Shown one piece after another: positions 62,161 through 64,000 of a DNA stretch of 64,000 nucleotides (its first letter is position 1; every line of letters begins with the position of its first letter). The notes under the pieces are model-generated. The model did no database searches, was not told the origin of the DNA, and saw nothing but the letters and a program-made list of their open reading frames with translations. Source of the DNA: Podarcis filfolensis (lineage: Eukaryota); assembly GCA_964270895.1 (NCBI GenBank), contig OZ185435.1; one strand, 5' to 3'. The translations under genes and the position numbers were made by a program.

Positions 62161-62352
62161 TGTCCAGGCTAAATAATGGGGATGGAGATGCTCCTTTAGA
62201 TGTTGTTGGACTATGACTTCCATCTGCCCAGCGAATGGGGGCAAGTGGTTGTGAAGATAAGAAATGTAGTCCATCCTGAAGGCATCACGTTCGCTACCTT
62301 GGTTCAGATGATACAGAACTTGGGTCAGCTTACTATTTAGGAAGATAGCAGA

Positions 62353-62438
62353 ATAACAGGAAGCTGCCTTATACAAAGTCAAGACCATTGGTCCATCCAA
62401 CTCAGCATTCTCTAAAATGTCTGCCAGTGGCTGTCAAG
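62353..62438 (-). mobile_element. tRNA-headed SINE, 3' part
   Basis: GGAAGCTGCCTTATAC...AGACCATTGGTCCATC is the reverse complement of the 3' block at 9330 and 43760. Confidence 0.6.
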
Positions 62439-62634
62439 GATGATTATCAAACTATTGATTTCCCCTCCTCACCATACACACACACATTTGGTGGAATGCT
62501 AATTATAATAAACACATTTTGGATTAGAATATTTTGATGGATGAACTGACTGGTATGTCCTTTTTGGTAATCCAGAAGTTCTATTATTATGAAATCCATG
62601 AAAAGGGAATTAGAAGTTGTTTCTTGTATGTTGA

Positions 62635-62635
<1 letters not shown>

Positions 62636-62683
<48 letters not shown>
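62636..62683. repeat. (ATT)n microsatellite
   Basis: Direct reading. Confidence 0.95.
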
Positions 62684-62938
62684 TGCTGACAAGCTAAATC
62701 ATGAGTTGGAAGCTGTTAGAGGGAAATGAAGACATCACTGATACATCTTTGGTATTTCGGATATGATATGATAGGATATGATATGTAGCAAATATAGTGA
62801 GGCTTCTTCATATGATCACATTTAGAGAAGATTTGGTTAGGGATATGAAAAGATGAGGGCAAAACTATTGAAATATTCTAATAAGGTTATAATCAATGAT
62901 AATCAACATGTGAAGCATTATTCATTTTTAAGGCAGTA

Positions 62939-63167
62939 CAGTCGTACCTTGGTTTTTGAACAGCTTAGTTCTTGAATGTTTTGGCTCCCAAACGCCGCAA
63001 ACCTGGAAGTGAGTGTTCCGGTTTGCAAACTATTTTTGGAAGCCAAACGTCCCATGGGGCTTCCGCGGCTTCCGATTGGCTGCAGGAACTTCCAATCGGA
63101 AGCCCTCTTTGCTTTTTTAACGTTTTGGAAGTCGAATGGATTTCATTTGACTTCCAAGGTACGACTG
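62939..63167. mobile_element. Tc1/mariner (Tigger-like) MITE (229 bp)
   Basis: Perfect 14-bp TIR CAGTCGTACCTTGG; TA TSD; internal 13-bp stem at 63067-63079 / 63092-63104. Confidence 0.92.
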
Positions 63168-63191
63168 TACTGTCTTGTTGATTACCTGTGT

Positions 63192-63192
<1 letters not shown>

Positions 63193-63238
<46 letters not shown>
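63193..63238. repeat. (TA)n(TG)n microsatellite
   Basis: Direct reading. Confidence 0.93.
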
Positions 63239-63239
<1 letters not shown>

Positions 63240-64000
63240 GATTGCTCATGACTTTGTCATTTTTAATTGAATCTAATAAAGAAGATGTTATCAAACATGA
63301 CCCATTGGGAATATGTTATATGTAAAGTTATAAAAAACACACAAATCCCTAAAAAAAGTTGATTAGGCTCTTTCAGTTCTCAAAATAATTGGTTTCACCT
63401 TTGTATTCAGATCCTATAATTCTTTCCCAAAAAAACAAGTTTGCTAATCACAGGCAGGTCAGCATCATAATTTTACTATCAGTTTTAAAACCTGCTATTT
63501 ACTCAGTTTATTTTTTATGTTAAACGAAACAAAATTTATTACTAATTCATTTGGCAAAAGTGATATTTTTTGCCTCCTTTTTGTTTAACTGTAAAGTGGG
63601 AAGAGTGGCATTTTCTGTGTTATACTAGTCACTTGTTGTTAGTCTTCTTTTTATGAAATTGAATTTGCCTCTTTTTCTCACTGAAGGGAATATGGGTTTA
63701 TTGTTGTGTACACTTTCTCAAAGGGACTGAGGAATGCTGGTGGCATAACTGGAGGGGATCATTTTTAGATCATTTACAAATGCATACTTTTGTCTTCAGT
63801 GGGAAATGTTCCTTTTCTCTCTAAGTAGAGGAAATCTTTTACTTCTGGCACTTTGACACATCACTGACTGTTAGAGAACATGAAGCCTCTGTTTACTGCT
63901 GGTTCTTGAGTGTTAAACAGCCCTCTACTGCTTTTATTATACCATTAATTGCACTTAATGCAGCTGCATTTCTGGTACGCCTGGCTAAACTCTGAAAATT

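Overview
Vertebrate non-coding DNA, most likely a lacertid lizard. That assignment is inferred from five Sauria-type SINEs, a Bov-B LINE and a squamate-style MITE set. I found no recognisable host protein-coding gene, tRNA, rRNA, CpG-island promoter or CRISPR array. Nearly all ORFs in the track are spurious or are decayed transposon ORFs. The window looks like a large intron or gene desert with seven N gaps (about 1.55 kb). It contains: an internally deleted Tigger/pogo transposon with TIRs and TA TSDs (44046-45302); eight hAT MITEs with intact 8-bp TSDs; three Tc1/mariner-type MITEs; fragments of L2, CR1, RTE, L1 and Bov-B LINEs; a solo LTR with a 5-bp TSD (58907-59361); several SINE types; and many microsatellites. 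The most interesting observations are nested or atypical insertions, a hairpin-rich GC insert, two Penelope-like termini that start at the same base, and several repeat-free blocks with developmental transcription-factor motif clusters that may be conserved enhancers. I see no evidence for a wholly new biological system. All findings are candidates that need database or comparative checks.
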